A stretch of DNA of 38,971 bases, taken from contig JBDRGF010000031.1 of assembly GCA_043818055.1 (NCBI GenBank), positions 1 to 38,971 of the forward strand, written 5' to 3'. How positions within the stretch are numbered: position 1 is the first letter of the stretch; the number at the start of each line of letters is the position of its first letter. A program made the position numbers and the translations under genes. Shown one piece after another: positions 8,630 through 18,972 of this stretch. The notes below the pieces were generated by a model. It was not told where the DNA came from. It saw only the letters and a list, made by a program, of their open reading frames with translations, and searched no databases. This DNA comes from Pseudomonadota bacterium (lineage in GTDB: Bacteria; UBA10199; 2-02-FULL-44-16; JBDRGF01).

Positions 8630-10822
8630 GTGATGAAAATTCAAAGTAAGCTTCTTTTATCTATCCTGTCATCGGTCATCGTTATTATGATCGCTGTCAT
8701 CTATATCAACAAAACTTACAGTGAAAAGATAATGGTGGGTGAAATTGAAAAGTATGCCAAGAGCATGCTGGATTCTTATTCGAATGAGTTAAATGATGAT
8801 ATCGCATCACTTCAGGATGTTGCTCAAGGGCTCGCGTTTTCCGTTGAAGCGCTAAAACCTGAATCTGAAGATCAAATTAAGGATCTCATAAAAAAATTCC
8901 TAAACTCAGCTTCTGACGCGTTCGGTTCAACGATAGCCTTTGAGCCCGGGGTTTTTCACGAGAAGGAGTATTTTGCCCCATACTATTATAAGACAAAGGA
9001 TGGGATAAAATATAAAAATTTGATCGACCCAAAGTATAACTATCCAAAATTGGACTGGTATCGGATTCCAAAGGAGACAGGAAAGCCGTTCTGGACAAAT
9101 CCTTATGAAGATGTGGGTGGCGGCAATGTCGTCATGATGACTTATTCTTATCCCCTCTTCAACGATGGAGTATTTTTAGGAGTTGCAACTGTCGATGTAG
9201 CGATCAAAGATCTGACAGACATAATAGAAGCGATTAAGGTCGCAAAGACCGGCTATGCCTTTCTGATCAGCAAGGATGGAACGATCATATCGTCGCGTGC
9301 GGAAGATTGGAAACTTAAGAAAAATATCATCGCTGCTGAAAAGAAGAGCAAAGTGTCGGATATGGAAATGATAGGTAAGAGGATGCTTTCTGGAGAGAAG
9401 GGATTTGTTCTAACAGAGGAGGCTATCTCCGGTGTTCCGGCCTGGTATGCCTTTGGAGCTATTCCTCTTACAGGATGGTCGCTCGGCATAGTATTTCCAA
9501 AGGATGAGCTGCTCGCCGATCTCACCAAATTGAGCCGGCATATTATTATAATGTGGATTGGTGGAATTTTGCTCATTTCGATTATTATAATCATCATCTC
9601 GATACGGATTAGCAAACCGATCACCAAACTGGCCGGCTGCGCTGAAAAAATAACTGAGGGTGATTTCACAGGGGAGCTAAGCTTTCCAAAAATCACCAGC
9701 GATGAGACAGGCATTCTCACACGGGCTTTTATCAGAATGAGGGGGTCACTCTCAAAAACGCTTCAAGCGCTTAAGTCAGAGAAAGAAATGTTTCAGATCG
9801 GATTCTCTCACATGTCGGATGGTATATTGATTCTCGATGCGGATTGGAAGCCGCTTCAGTATAACCAATCAGCCTCAAAGTTTTTAGCCCTTCCGACCGA
9901 AACCCCGCTCATCGAGCACATACAAGCACACTACGAGAGCTCCATCCCATTCAGTCAGATGACCAGCTTGTCTAACAAGGGCGGTTCTTTTAAATTATCC
10001 CGCCTTGAAAGGGACAATATAGGGTCACTGCACCTCTCTTGTGTGTTGAATCCGATCTACGATGACAGCAAAAAGCTGGTCGAACAGGTCTTAAGCATCA
10101 CCGATGTGACATCGAGTGAAATTGAGGAATCTGCAAAGAGGAATTTCCTCTCGCTCATCTCACACAAGCTCATGACTCCTCTCACCGTTCTAAACGGCAT
10201 CGTCATGCTCTTGAAGGATGGCCTTCTCGGAGTGCTCAATGATAAGCAGCAGAACAATGTTAATCAGATGTCAAACCAGACAGGGAAGTTGCAGGGTCTT
10301 ATTCAGAAGCTCGTCAACTTCGTGTTGATCGAGGAGTCGAACATCGATATGTCGAAGGAGACCATCGATCTCGATGAATTTTTTACGGCCCTTTCCAAGG
10401 AGGCCGCAAACTGGTTTCCGGAGAAACACGCTGTGATAGATGTGCATGTCGATGAAGCGGCAAAGCGTTTTTCATTCAAGAAACAATATCTCCACCTGAT
10501 ATTAGGCCAGGTTGTTGATAACGCGTTGAAATTTAATATGAGCGATCCCGCGAAGGTATCGATTGATTGCAAATCGGCAGGCGAGAACACCATCTTCGCT
10601 ATAACCGACAACGGCATCGGGATACCGCCCGAATATACGGATAAGATATTCGAAAAGTTCTTTCAGATCGAAAAATATTTCACGGGAAATGTCGAAGGGG
10701 TGGGCTTGGGCCTGTCATACGTTAAAAGGATAGTAGAATATATGGGTGGAAAGGTTGAACTCAAATCCGAGATTGGTGTGGGAAGTACCTTCACAATCAT
10801 ATTGCCGAATACTTATGCGTGA
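8630..10822 (+). CDS. Sensor histidine kinase (TM-dCache-TM-HAMP-PAS-like-HisKA-HATPase)
   Basis: dCache motif DWY...KPFWTNPYED...FLGVATVD, HAMP, H-box ISHKLMTPLT, N-box VVDNALKF, G-boxes DNGIGI and GVGLGL. Confidence 0.92.
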   Translation: MMKIQSKLLLSILSSVIVIMIAVIYINKTYSEKIMVGEIEKYAKSMLDSYSNELNDDIASLQDVAQGLAFSVEALKPESEDQIKDLIKKFLNSASDAFGSTIAFEPGVFHEKEYFAPYYYKTKDGIKYKNLIDPKYNYPKLDWYRIPKETGKPFWTNPYEDVGGGNVVMMTYSYPLFNDGVFLGVATVDVAIKDLTDIIEAIKVAKTGYAFLISKDGTIISSRAEDWKLKKNIIAAEKKSKVSDMEMIGKRMLSGEKGFVLTEEAISGVPAWYAFGAIPLTGWSLGIVFPKDELLADLTKLSRHIIIMWIGGILLISIIIIIISIRISKPITKLAGCAEKITEGDFTGELSFPKITSDETGILTRAFIRMRGSLSKTLQALKSEKEMFQIGFSHMSDGILILDADWKPLQYNQSASKFLALPTETPLIEHIQAHYESSIPFSQMTSLSNKGGSFKLSRLERDNIGSLHLSCVLNPIYDDSKKLVEQVLSITDVTSSEIEESAKRNFLSLISHKLMTPLTVLNGIVMLLKDGLLGVLNDKQQNNVNQMSNQTGKLQGLIQKLVNFVLIEESNIDMSKETIDLDEFFTALSKEAANWFPEKHAVIDVHVDEAAKRFSFKKQYLHLILGQVVDNALKFNMSDPAKVSIDCKSAGENTIFAITDNGIGIPPEYTDKIFEKFFQIEKYFTGNVEGVGLGLSYVKRIVEYMGGKVELKSEIGVGSTFTIILPNTYA

Positions 10823-10831
10823 TAATCAAAT

Positions 10832-11467
10832 ATGAAACTTTTAAGAGATAAATATAAATTGATATTAAAGCTGGTAATACCTGTGATTTTGATAATTCTT
10901 TTATCAATATTCTATGGGACTTATATCTCGCAACTCAAATCCAATGTCAGATTTAATGTTCACGGAATAGTTAATAAATCATTTTTTGTCTTTGCTGTGA
11001 TCATCATATCGTACTGGGTGAAAACGATCATCAACGCTCTATTCTCAGTCTACGCCTCAAGCTTTGCAAACAGGACGAGTGCGATGCTTGATAACGATTT
11101 TATACCACTCATTCGCAGGCTTGTGTCTATTTTTTTATGGATCATAGCTTTCACTATCATTCTCAGCTATCTGGGTGTGAACATAAGCGCGCTGATAGCA
11201 ACGCTCGGAGTTGGATCGCTTGCAATAGCGCTTGCTGCCCAGGATACTATTGCCAATATCATCGCTGGATTTCTGATTATGATCGACAGGCCATTTAAAA
11301 TAAACGACAGAATAAAATTGCCAAGCGGTGAAGATGTCGTTGTGCTCAACATCGGCATCAGGCGGTCGATCTTTCGTTCCCAGGATGGAGCTACTGTCAT
11401 CGTTCCGAACCTCGATCTGAGTAAGAGCAAGATAATAAATTATTCATACGATAAGCCGGTATTGTAA
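10832..11467 (+). CDS. MscS-family small mechanosensitive channel (short form)
   Basis: LGVGSLAIALAAQDTIANIIAG, RPFKINDRI, VIVPN motifs; lacks the usual C-terminal alpha/beta domain. Confidence 0.85.
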   Translation: MKLLRDKYKLILKLVIPVILIILLSIFYGTYISQLKSNVRFNVHGIVNKSFFVFAVIIISYWVKTIINALFSVYASSFANRTSAMLDNDFIPLIRRLVSIFLWIIAFTIILSYLGVNISALIATLGVGSLAIALAAQDTIANIIAGFLIMIDRPFKINDRIKLPSGEDVVVLNIGIRRSIFRSQDGATVIVPNLDLSKSKIINYSYDKPVL

Positions 11468-11474
11468 TTAAAAA

Positions 11475-11499
11475 GGGCGGGTTATAAACCCGCCCCTAC
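11475..11499 (-). repeat. GTAG-family REP
   Basis: GGGCGGGTTATAAACCCGCCCCTAC, nearly identical to 7631-7655. Confidence 0.85.
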
Positions 11500-11518
11500 A
11501 AATATTATTTCAATTTAT

Positions 11519-11920
11519 TTATTCTGCTTCTGCTTCGTAGTCGGAATCATCGTCCATGTCATCATCCATATCCATATCATCGTCCATATCATCGTCATAA
11601 TCATGATCGACATCGGCGATTCCGTCATCATGATCGATGCTGTCCAGCATCTCATGTGTGTCGGCGATCATATCATCGGTATCGGCAAAGAGATCGCCTG
11701 TCGATTCGGCTTCATCGCTTTCTGCTATACAGTCGTCACAGCCTGCTCCTTCCGATTCGTATGCGACATTTTCAACCTCGACGCCTTCAGCCCTCTCTGT
11801 GACTGAATCATTGTCGCTTCCTACAGAGACTGAGATGCCAAATTCAACTCCACCAGCGTATGCCCACATCGGTACGACCATCAACGCCATCAAAACCATC
11901 ATCATCCTAACCTGTTTCAT
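11519..11920 (-). CDS. Secreted, extremely acidic low-complexity protein
   Basis: Signal peptide ending AYA, CDDC, D/H/M-rich tail; strong RBS AGGAGG. Confidence 0.75.
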   Translation of the reverse strand: MKQVRMMMVLMALMVVPMWAYAGGVEFGISVSVGSDNDSVTERAEGVEVENVAYESEGAGCDDCIAESDEAESTGDLFADTDDMIADTHEMLDSIDHDDGIADVDHDYDDDMDDDMDMDDDMDDDSDYEAEAE

Positions 11921-11958
11921 AAATCCTCCTTTTTACTGTTTAATTTTCACTCATGGTT

Positions 11959-11987
11959 ATTATCGGTTATCCTTCATCAAAAGTTGC
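11959..11987 (-). promoter_or_regulatory. Putative sigma28-like promoter (GCAAC-N16-CCGATAAT)
   Basis: Minus strand GCAACTTTTGATGAAGGATAACCGATAAT, about 39 nt upstream of ATG 11920. Confidence 0.7.
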
Positions 11988-12058
11988 TACCGGTTACAAT
12001 TTTTTATCGTTTATAATCTATTTGTGATGGTTTGATGGAAAAGGTTGCCTGGAAAGGC

Positions 12059-12182
12059 AGTGAATAGTGTTTAGTGCGTAGTGTTTAGTGAAAAAACCTT
12101 AATTTATTCATAGTTAAGGTTTTTTGGTTATTTGAACATTTGAAATTTATTTGAGTTTTGGGATTTGTTATTTGGAATTTTT
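12059..12182. repeat. Heptamer-period intergenic repeats
   Basis: AGTGAAT AGTGTTT AGTGCGT AGTGTTT AGTG, then TTTGGTTATTTGAACATTTGAAATTT...TTGGGATTTGTTATTTGGAATTT. Confidence 0.6.
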
Positions 12183-12183
12183 T

Positions 12184-13236
12184 TCAAATCCACTTCTTTT
12201 TTCTGAAAAAGATGAGCATGACGACGACTACGGAAAGCATGATGGCAAGGGCGAATGGGTAGCCGTATTTCCATTTGAGTTCGGGCATGTATTCGAAATT
12301 CATGCCGTATACGCCGGCGATGAATGTCAGGGGTATGAAGATAGTTGCGATGATGGTTAGCACCTTCATGATGCTGTTCATCTTATTGCTGATCGTCGTC
12401 AGATACATGTCGAGCATGCCGGAGAGGATATCCCTGTATGTTTCGACCGCATCTATGATCTGGATCGTGTGATCGTACACATCACGGAAATATATAAATA
12501 TCGATTCTCCGATGAGTGGCGATTCGCTGCGTTGCAGACCACCTATCAACTCCCTCAGCGGCCATACTGATTTTCTTAAGACGATCATCAACCTTTTCAG
12601 GCGGTGAATGTCTTTTAGCAGCGCCGGGGTTGTTACGGAAATTAGCGTGGTTTCGATCGATTCGATCTTGTCACCTATTTCCTCAAGTACGACAAAGTAG
12701 TTGTCGACGACAGCATCGATCAAAGAGTAGTAGAGGTAATCAGCGCCCATTTTTCGCATGCGCCCCTTACCGTTTCGGATTCTCTCCCTTGCGTTGTCGA
12801 AAACATCCCCCTCCTTCTCCTGAAAGGTGATGACGCAGTTTTTGCAGAGCAATAAACTCACCTGTTCGAAATCGACATTCTTGTTCAGTGTGAGCATCCT
12901 GAGCACCGAGAATATGTACTCCTCGTAGTCCTCCATCTTTGGGCGCTGGTCGGTATGGAGAATATCTTCGAGGACGAGCGGGTGGATGTTGAAAATCGCC
13001 CCTATCTTTTCAATTATGCCGACATCGTGTATGCCGTTGACGTTAATCCATTTGACGGAGGGTTTATCTAAGAACTCTTTACAATCTTCTATATTGTGGA
13101 TTTTTTTTTCTTCGTAGGCCGCATCGTTGTAGTCAAAAATGGTGATTGAAACATTCTGTGCCTTTTTTTCACCTACATGTTTTAACGTTCCGGGTGCTGT
13201 CCACACCTTCTCTTTTCTGCTTCTGAATAAACGCAT
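12184..13236 (-). CDS. corA: Magnesium/cobalt transporter CorA
   Basis: HPLVLEDI..TDQRPK, YFRDVYDH, signature YGMNF and MPEL. Confidence 0.96.
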   Translation of the reverse strand: MRLFRSRKEKVWTAPGTLKHVGEKKAQNVSITIFDYNDAAYEEKKIHNIEDCKEFLDKPSVKWINVNGIHDVGIIEKIGAIFNIHPLVLEDILHTDQRPKMEDYEEYIFSVLRMLTLNKNVDFEQVSLLLCKNCVITFQEKEGDVFDNARERIRNGKGRMRKMGADYLYYSLIDAVVDNYFVVLEEIGDKIESIETTLISVTTPALLKDIHRLKRLMIVLRKSVWPLRELIGGLQRSESPLIGESIFIYFRDVYDHTIQIIDAVETYRDILSGMLDMYLTTISNKMNSIMKVLTIIATIFIPLTFIAGVYGMNFEYMPELKWKYGYPFALAIMLSVVVVMLIFFRKKKWI

Positions 13237-13272
13237 GGTTTTCCCCCTGTTTGTTTCGCATCAGAACCTGTC

Positions 13273-14871
13273 TCAAGAAGATGGTTGGACGAAAATATCT
13301 TTTCCCATGGAAGAGATGTCTCCATATTTTGAGATAAATTCAGAATTTTCCTCTTCCGCGTAATCTGCATTCTGATGTACAATAAGCGCCCCGGAATTTG
13401 TAGCCTTAGTGGTGTAATGTGATTGTTGTATCGCGCCAAGCCTTTTCTGTACGTAAGCATACACCCCTGTCGGCATCACATCCGGAATATCGTCGCGCTG
13501 GTAGCTCTCTGTCTCGCCGTTGTTGTTAAAACCGCCGCCACCTAAATTTCCTCCTCCGGATTCTTCCTCAGTGACGATACGCTGGGAAGATACGATCTTC
13601 TTCATCCTTCCCAAGAGCTCCCCAACAAAGGCACCGGCCAAGGATGTGGCTATCCATCCCAGCTCAAGATCTACTAGCGGGATATATTCATACCAGCTAT
13701 TTATCTGATCGTGCTCGAGTCCCAAGGCCTTTCCCGCTTTTATAAGACCAATAACGAAGGCGCCAAAGACCGCTCCTCTGAAGATATAGTTATCTTTAAT
13801 ATATTTATTGATGAAGCTGAAGAATACTATCACGATGACCATCGGGTAGAGCGCCACCAGCGGGGGGACGGCGAACTGGACGATCTTTCCCACTCCCAAA
13901 TTCGATACGATGAGGCTGACGACACAGGCACCGACACATGTCCATCTGTAGCCGAGTTTGCCTTTGGATACCTTGCTTAAATATTCCCCGTTGAGAACTG
14001 TTAGGGCGACAGCCGTTGTGAGACAGGCAAAGCTCACCAGTACCGAAAGGGCTATCTTGCCATAAGGACCCAGCAAAGAGTTTGTGATGAAGACGAGAAG
14101 TCCCGGCCTAGTGAATTCCCCTGCGACAGAGCTGGTAGTTGCGCCCAAATATAAAAGGCCGCCGTAGACGAAGGCGAGGCATATGGCGGAGACGACTCCA
14201 GCGAGTGCGAGCATCTTCACCTGATCCGACTTGTTATTGTACCCCTTGCGTATCAGTTGATTGAGAATCATCATCCCCATGACCGTCGATCCTATGAGAT
14301 CCATCGTTTGAAATCCCTCTAGGAAGCCATGCCCAAAGGGGTGGGGGAGGCTGTTAGCATCGATTGTGGAGATGGGATAGATAACGCCGGCAACGATTAA
14401 AAGTAAGACTGTGAGAAGTATCACAGGCGTTAGATATTTTCCGATGCGGTCGATCGCTGATGAAGGATTGATCGCAAAAAATAATGTGACAGCAAAATAG
14501 ATGAATGAAAATATCCAGGAATTGATCCAGGGGAGGTTTGGCAGTATGGAGAGCTCAAATGTCGTTGCGCAGGTCCTCGGTATGGCAAACAAGGGGCCTA
14601 TGATTAAAACTATGATGACTGCCAAAACACTTCCAAAGATCGGGTGAATTCGCTCCGACATCTTCTCGACACCGCCGCGGCTGATGGCAACGGCTATGAT
14701 GCCCAAAAGGGGAAGCCCCACACCTGTCATCAGAAAACCGATCATGGAACTAAAATAACTTGAATTGGAAAAGCGTCCTAAGAATGGAGGAAAAATCAGA
14801 TTGCCCGCGCCGAAGAACATCGCAAACAGAGCGAATCCGAGGATAAGAATCTGGCCTTTGTTTTTAATCAT
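13273..14871 (-). CDS. brnQ: Branched-chain amino acid carrier BrnQ with long C-terminal extension
   Basis: FALFAMFFGAGNLIFPP, GPLFAIPRT, EGFQTMD, ACLTTA motifs; about 110 extra soluble residues at the C-terminus. Confidence 0.93.
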   Translation of the reverse strand: MIKNKGQILILGFALFAMFFGAGNLIFPPFLGRFSNSSYFSSMIGFLMTGVGLPLLGIIAVAISRGGVEKMSERIHPIFGSVLAVIIVLIIGPLFAIPRTCATTFELSILPNLPWINSWIFSFIYFAVTLFFAINPSSAIDRIGKYLTPVILLTVLLLIVAGVIYPISTIDANSLPHPFGHGFLEGFQTMDLIGSTVMGMMILNQLIRKGYNNKSDQVKMLALAGVVSAICLAFVYGGLLYLGATTSSVAGEFTRPGLLVFITNSLLGPYGKIALSVLVSFACLTTAVALTVLNGEYLSKVSKGKLGYRWTCVGACVVSLIVSNLGVGKIVQFAVPPLVALYPMVIVIVFFSFINKYIKDNYIFRGAVFGAFVIGLIKAGKALGLEHDQINSWYEYIPLVDLELGWIATSLAGAFVGELLGRMKKIVSSQRIVTEEESGGGNLGGGGFNNNGETESYQRDDIPDVMPTGVYAYVQKRLGAIQQSHYTTKATNSGALIVHQNADYAEEENSEFISKYGDISSMGKDIFVQPSS

Positions 14872-15000
14872 CGGGCAATGACCCTATATGAAAATATTTT
14901 TAAAAGCAAGTTCGACGGTTGGCGAACAGCCGTCAGTTATAAGCTTTTGGCTTCTTTTATATATATTCAATTGAGTTTTTAGGCCTAAGGTGATAGGAAA

Positions 15001-15423
15001 ATGGCCATGAGGGTAAGATTGAACATTTCAAAAGAGAAACAACAGGCCCTGGAGGAGCTCGGAGTGGGTGTCTTGTTTTTGTTTGGGTCCAGGGCTCAGG
15101 ATATAGCCAAAGCAAATAGCGATTACGATATCGGGCTTTTAATGACCGACTCCGATTTAATTAAAAAAGGGAATCAGGAGTTGTATCAGGCAATCTTTGA
15201 GATCTTGTCTGAAGTGATAGGCGAACTTGTGAACATTGATATCGTTTTTCTGGATAGAGCCTCTCTTCAGCTTTGCTACCATGTGGTCAAACATGGAAAG
15301 GTAATCTTTGAAACAAACCCAAATATGAGGGTAAAGTTTTTTGAACGTGTTATCAGAGAACATGCCGATTTTGAAGAATATCGCAAATTATTTGAGGAAA
15401 CGACGCTTAAGAGAATCGCATAG
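15001..15423 (+). CDS. MntA-type minimal nucleotidyltransferase antitoxin
   Basis: GSX10DXD motif (GSRAQDIAKANSDYD) and IDIVFL; upstream of a HEPN gene. Confidence 0.9.
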   Translation: MAMRVRLNISKEKQQALEELGVGVLFLFGSRAQDIAKANSDYDIGLLMTDSDLIKKGNQELYQAIFEILSEVIGELVNIDIVFLDRASLQLCYHVVKHGKVIFETNPNMRVKFFERVIREHADFEEYRKLFEETTLKRIA

Positions 15424-15432
15424 GAGAACAAG

Positions 15433-15894
15433 ATGGTTCCAGTTCCATTGGATAAAGAGACGTTGGTTGTGAGATTGAATGGCATAGAGGGTGAAATGGC
15501 AGAACTCAAGCGCTTAGCCAAAACCCCCTTTAATGATTTTAAAGACTCAGATCCATTTAAACTTGCGCAATATCATCTTCACAGGGCTCTTGAAGGAGTG
15601 TTCAATATAACAGCGCATATTCTTTCCAGAATTCCCGGTGGGGGACAAGCCAGCAGCTATAAGGATATGGCTATTGCCCTTGGTGAACATGGAATTGTTG
15701 ATAAGAATTATGCTAATAATAAGCTGAGGTTGATGGCTGGGTATAGAAATCGTCTCGTTCATTTCTATGCCGAAATCACTTCGGAGGAGATGTACAAGCT
15801 GATCAATAAAGATTTGGAAGATTTTGATGTTTTTCTTTCAGGCGTGAAAAAAGTTCTTGAAGATCCACAAAAATGGAATCTTGAAGTGGAATAG
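15433..15894 (+). CDS. HepT-type HEPN (DUF86) RNase toxin
   Basis: RX4HXY motif RNRLVHFY; paired with MNT. Confidence 0.9.
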   Translation: MVPVPLDKETLVVRLNGIEGEMAELKRLAKTPFNDFKDSDPFKLAQYHLHRALEGVFNITAHILSRIPGGGQASSYKDMAIALGEHGIVDKNYANNKLRLMAGYRNRLVHFYAEITSEEMYKLINKDLEDFDVFLSGVKKVLEDPQKWNLEVE

Positions 15895-15911
15895 CATCTC
15901 ACGAGTGTAAT

Positions 15912-18575
15912 CTAATACAAATTATTTCCAAACTTGAAAATCCTTCCGGCTATGGCAGGGACTGCTACGAGGGCTGAGATGGTAATGAGGATCGAGCCGA
16001 TCGTCATGATCTGACCGAGGCTGAATATTCCGCGGTGGGATGCTATCATCATGGCGCCAAATCCTATCGCATTTGCTATGCCGGTCAGAAGAATTCCTCT
16101 GCCGGTCGAGCCGCCGATTGCGTAGACGATTCCCTCCTCCTTGATTCTGTGGATCAGATGAATTCCAGCATCGATGCCGATTCCGATCAGTATGGGAATG
16201 CCGAAGAAGTTGGCCATATTGAACTGAATGCCAAAGCTTCCCATCGCCGCTACGAGCCAGATCAGCCCCAGCGAAAGGGGCAGGACAGCGAGAAGGCTCT
16301 CCTTGATCTTTCTAAAATGAATGAATGAGATGATGAGGATCAGAACGTAGGCGATAATGGCAGAATAAATAAATGTCTGCCTCATCAGCTTGCCCGATTC
16401 ATAGACCTCGATGGGGACTCCAGTGACGAGAGGATCGATGCTTCTGATATCAGCCACAAAAGTTTCGAGTTTTTCCGGCTCCCAAATGTTTTCCTTTGGG
16501 ATTGCATATACAGCGAATTTTCCATTGGGGCTTAAGTATCTCTCCTTGAGCTCTTCTGGTAGATCGTCGAGAGAGATCGTCGAGGGATCCATCCCGCTTT
16601 TGAGCAGGTCGAATTTTTTGCTGAGGTCCTTTAAAATTGCAATCTGGTAGTCTGAGAGTGAACTTAAATTCATCTGAGGATCGATCAGCTTGTTGATGAG
16701 CTCACTCACCTTTGTGATGAATTGTTCGAGCTCCCCTACTGCGTCAGCGCGTCCACCGGAGAAGGCCTCTTCCTGAATTTCGCCGAGTCGGTTTCTGAAT
16801 TTTAATAGCTCACTTTTGAGCTCGTCTGAATTTATTTTTTCGGAAGGCTCCAGGAACTTGAAAGAATCAAAGATCGGCTTGATCTTTTGCACCAAACTGA
16901 TTCGCTTCTCCTGATCAGGAGGAAAGAGCGTCTCAATGCTGTCGACGCGCTTTACAGTCGGAAGTGATTTGAATTTCTGGGCCAGCCCATTCGATTTTTC
17001 TATATCACTTGCTATGCTGATCGAGAACCAGCTCGATTCGTCACTTTCGTCGATCAGCCGCTTTTCGTATTCGACCGATTCGAGGCCTGTGGCCTGCAAA
17101 TTCAAAAGGTTGTTATCGAACTTCACCTTTGCCAGAAAAAATGGCGAGATGAGAGTGATCAGGATTACAAATGTTATGATAGTTCTAGGATAATGCTGAA
17201 GCTCCACGAATCTATTGAGCCTCGGCAACGGCTTGTGATCCTTAATATACCTCTGTCTCGAATCGACGATGATGAGCAGGGCGGGTAAAACAAAAGTCAT
17301 AGAGATGAGGCAGAGTATAACTCCGCTTGCTGCTATAAAACCAAGCTCGCCGAGTGCTATGAATTTCGACCAGGATATAGCCGCAAAGGCAAGTGCGGTG
17401 GTCAGAGCGCTTGTGAGATTGGCCGGTCCGACATGTAAGAGAGTCTCCTTGATTGCTACGTTAGGATATCCGAAGCGTGCGAGCTCTTCGCGATAGCGCG
17501 CGACGATATGAATGCCATATTCTATAGTTGCACCTACAAGGACGAGAGCGAAGACGCTGGAGAGCAGGTTGAGCCTGCCAAAGGTGACGGCCAAAAGGCC
17601 AAAACTCCAGCTGATGCCGATGATGAGAGAGATAACGGCAAGCGCCGGTCGATGGATTCCCTTCAAAAAGATGCTAAAAATTATGCCGACTAAGATGATG
17701 GCAAGAATTGTCGCCTTGGTCATGTCACCTGTTGTCGTTTTCATCTCGTCAGCGGAAAGAACGGGCCTTCCGGTGAGTCCTGCTTTTACATCTGGAAATT
17801 CTTGTCTGGTATCATCGAGGGCACTGCGAATTATTTTCAGCGGCTTATCGATGACCTCCATCGTTGAGTAGTCCTTCTGAGGCATCACGAGAGAGACAAG
17901 GAATTTGCGGTTCTTGGTTATCAAAAATCCATCCTCATCGAAACTGCCATTTCCGCCGAAAAACACCCCCTCGAGAAATGGCTCGTATTCTTTTTTATTA
18001 TCGAGAGCCTCTGTCATCCCCGATATCAGCTTGTCGATGAATGTGAAACCAGCGGTCCATCGCTTCTCATCCTCAGAACTCAACGATCCCTCTATTCCTC
18101 TGTTTATCAATCCGAAGAGTTGTGAGAGGGTTGTGACCTGAGAGAGATCCTTGACGGCAAATGGCGGGTTACCAAGCATCTGGTGCAGGTTTTCAAGCTC
18201 ATCCTCCGTAAGGTAGATCATGAAATTCTTTTCCAGTTGCTTGTTTTCTATCTTGTAAAGAAAACGCTTTATCTCGGGAGCATCTTTCAGACGTGTGGCT
18301 AAGGACTCCGTAAACTTTTTCGCATCTTTTATATTACCGTCAGCTTCGACTATTATATAAAGATATTCCTGATCTCCGAATTCCCGCATGAAATCTTTAT
18401 AGCGCTTATGATATTCGAGCTTTTCGCTGACGAGGTTGTCCTGATCGGCATCAACCCTCATCAATGTGACGGATAGAATGATAGATATCAGAGAGAGAAT
18501 CAGAGCAACAGCTACGATCTTGCGGGGATATGTAGTGATGAATTCACTTAATTTTAAAAATAATATTTTTTGCAA
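15912..18575 (-). CDS. hpnN: MMPL/RND transporter, HpnN-like hopanoid exporter
   Basis: Two RND halves (LTGRPVL..DE; VTGVPIEVYES...GIGIDAGIHLIHR) and FDNNLLNLQA..LESV; adjacent to an hpnO-like gene. Confidence 0.8.
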   Translation of the reverse strand: MQKILFLKLSEFITTYPRKIVAVALILSLISIILSVTLMRVDADQDNLVSEKLEYHKRYKDFMREFGDQEYLYIIVEADGNIKDAKKFTESLATRLKDAPEIKRFLYKIENKQLEKNFMIYLTEDELENLHQMLGNPPFAVKDLSQVTTLSQLFGLINRGIEGSLSSEDEKRWTAGFTFIDKLISGMTEALDNKKEYEPFLEGVFFGGNGSFDEDGFLITKNRKFLVSLVMPQKDYSTMEVIDKPLKIIRSALDDTRQEFPDVKAGLTGRPVLSADEMKTTTGDMTKATILAIILVGIIFSIFLKGIHRPALAVISLIIGISWSFGLLAVTFGRLNLLSSVFALVLVGATIEYGIHIVARYREELARFGYPNVAIKETLLHVGPANLTSALTTALAFAAISWSKFIALGELGFIAASGVILCLISMTFVLPALLIIVDSRQRYIKDHKPLPRLNRFVELQHYPRTIITFVILITLISPFFLAKVKFDNNLLNLQATGLESVEYEKRLIDESDESSWFSISIASDIEKSNGLAQKFKSLPTVKRVDSIETLFPPDQEKRISLVQKIKPIFDSFKFLEPSEKINSDELKSELLKFRNRLGEIQEEAFSGGRADAVGELEQFITKVSELINKLIDPQMNLSSLSDYQIAILKDLSKKFDLLKSGMDPSTISLDDLPEELKERYLSPNGKFAVYAIPKENIWEPEKLETFVADIRSIDPLVTGVPIEVYESGKLMRQTFIYSAIIAYVLILIISFIHFRKIKESLLAVLPLSLGLIWLVAAMGSFGIQFNMANFFGIPILIGIGIDAGIHLIHRIKEEGIVYAIGGSTGRGILLTGIANAIGFGAMMIASHRGIFSLGQIMTIGSILITISALVAVPAIAGRIFKFGNNLY

Positions 18576-18585
18576 GATTCACCTG

Positions 18586-18972
18586 TTAAGTTAATTCGAG
18601 GTATCCTTTATCAACATGAAGGGTTAATTTATAGCTTCTTAAAAAGTTAAGACCCAAAAGGCCATCCGCGGGAACCCTTGGAGGTAGAGAATGGGATGCG
18701 ACTTCAATATTATCGATTTCTTTTCCCAATGCGGATACTTTTTGTATTTTAAAGAAGGGGGTGTATTCAATGCTGCTGGCAGTTGTGATAGCCAATTTTC
18801 GACAAGGTTGTGTCAGGTCATATCCAACATCATCAAGTATTTCAGGGCATATCATAGTGTATGTTGCCCCCGTGTCCAGAATCATTCTCGCATATCTTGT
18901 GTTGGCTGGGCCCAGGATTTTAACGGGCACTATTATTGATTGGCTGTTTTTTGGGAAAATAAATTTACTCAT
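18586..18972 (-). CDS. Retropepsin-like (clan AA) aspartyl protease
   Basis: ILDTGATYT catalytic motif and GLLGLNFL. Confidence 0.88.
   Translation of the reverse strand: MSKFIFPKNSQSIIVPVKILGPANTRYARMILDTGATYTMICPEILDDVGYDLTQPCRKLAITTASSIEYTPFFKIQKVSALGKEIDNIEVASHSLPPRVPADGLLGLNFLRSYKLTLHVDKGYLELT

Noticed and set aside
11540..11610. Tandem TCATCGTCCATA-like repeats, considered as CRISPR or VNTR
   Set aside because: Explained by the Asp/Met codons of the acidic protein; no spacers and no cas genes.
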